Source of the DNA: Daphnia carinata
Taxonomy: Eukaryota
Assembly: GCF_022539665.2 (NCBI RefSeq)
Contig: NC_081333.1
Coordinates: 4,340,001 to 4,404,000, forward strand
DNA length: 64,000 nucleotides
Direction: 5' to 3'
The position numbers and the translations under genes were made by a program. This document shows, piece after piece, positions 63,554 to 64,000 of the stretch. The notes below the pieces were generated by a model. It was not told the origin of the DNA. It made no database searches and saw nothing but the letters and a program-made list of their open reading frames with translations. Each line of letters begins with the position of its first letter. Position 1 is the first letter of the stretch.

Positions 63554-64000
63554 TTAACCAAGGAAATGTTTCACCTTCCAGATCATTAGCTCCATGCACG
63601 CGATGGCGTCTTCTGTGCTGTTATGTCCTACAATTGATTAAAAGAAAAAAAATGCATTTAAACATTCTTAAAATAGTTGAATGCACTTTACTACCTTCGT
63701 TCTGAATGGTCTTTTCTAAAATATCGAACACCAATTTCTTCAATCCCCTTTTCAAGGGTGGTCCTCGAGCGTGTGGAAATACGATGCTCGTATCGACGAC
63801 CGTATCGTGGACCATCTGGGATATCATAAATCGAAATTACTATATCACAATATAGTTGCCATTAATAGATTAAATATTAACTTTAAGAGCACGCAAATCA
63901 GCGCCGAAATCATGTCCAATTAAAATAGTTTTGCTGGAAAACAAATTAAGGAGGAATGTCTGGACGTCTTCCAATGTTGTTGTGACGTCCCTTAAATCAT
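63554..64000 (-). CDS. 3' end of REXO1-like DEDDh RNA exonuclease (partial, last 3 exons)
   Basis: [33 protein letters not shown] | [40 protein letters not shown] | [20 protein letters not shown]. Confidence 0.85.

Overview
Gene-dense, AT-rich animal DNA with ~60-70 bp GT-AG introns; the gene content suggests a cladoceran crustacean such as Daphnia (inference). The left third holds housekeeping genes (COX17, syntaxin-18, heme oxygenase, CDC34/UBE2R, bubblegum-type acyl-CoA ligase, a SAXO-family microtubule protein) and a small IRE1-like kinase. From 25.4 to 54.3 kb is a tandem array of four ~5-kb, 10-exon genes. Each splices into one ~1,400-aa protein: pseudokinase + KEN-like remnant, kinase + KEN-like remnant, then ~15 ankyrin repeats. 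Copies are separated by decayed fragments of the flanking genes. To the right are two divergent intronless OSCA/TMEM63-like channel genes flanking an IRE1-like kinase-RhoGAP fusion, then the 3' end of a REXO1-like exonuclease. The best candidate for an undescribed system is this family of cytosolic IRE1-derived kinases with swapped C-terminal modules, which resembles plant tandem-kinase/kinase-fusion immune receptors and a domain-permuted RNase L. Exon boundaries were read by eye; no database searches were run.
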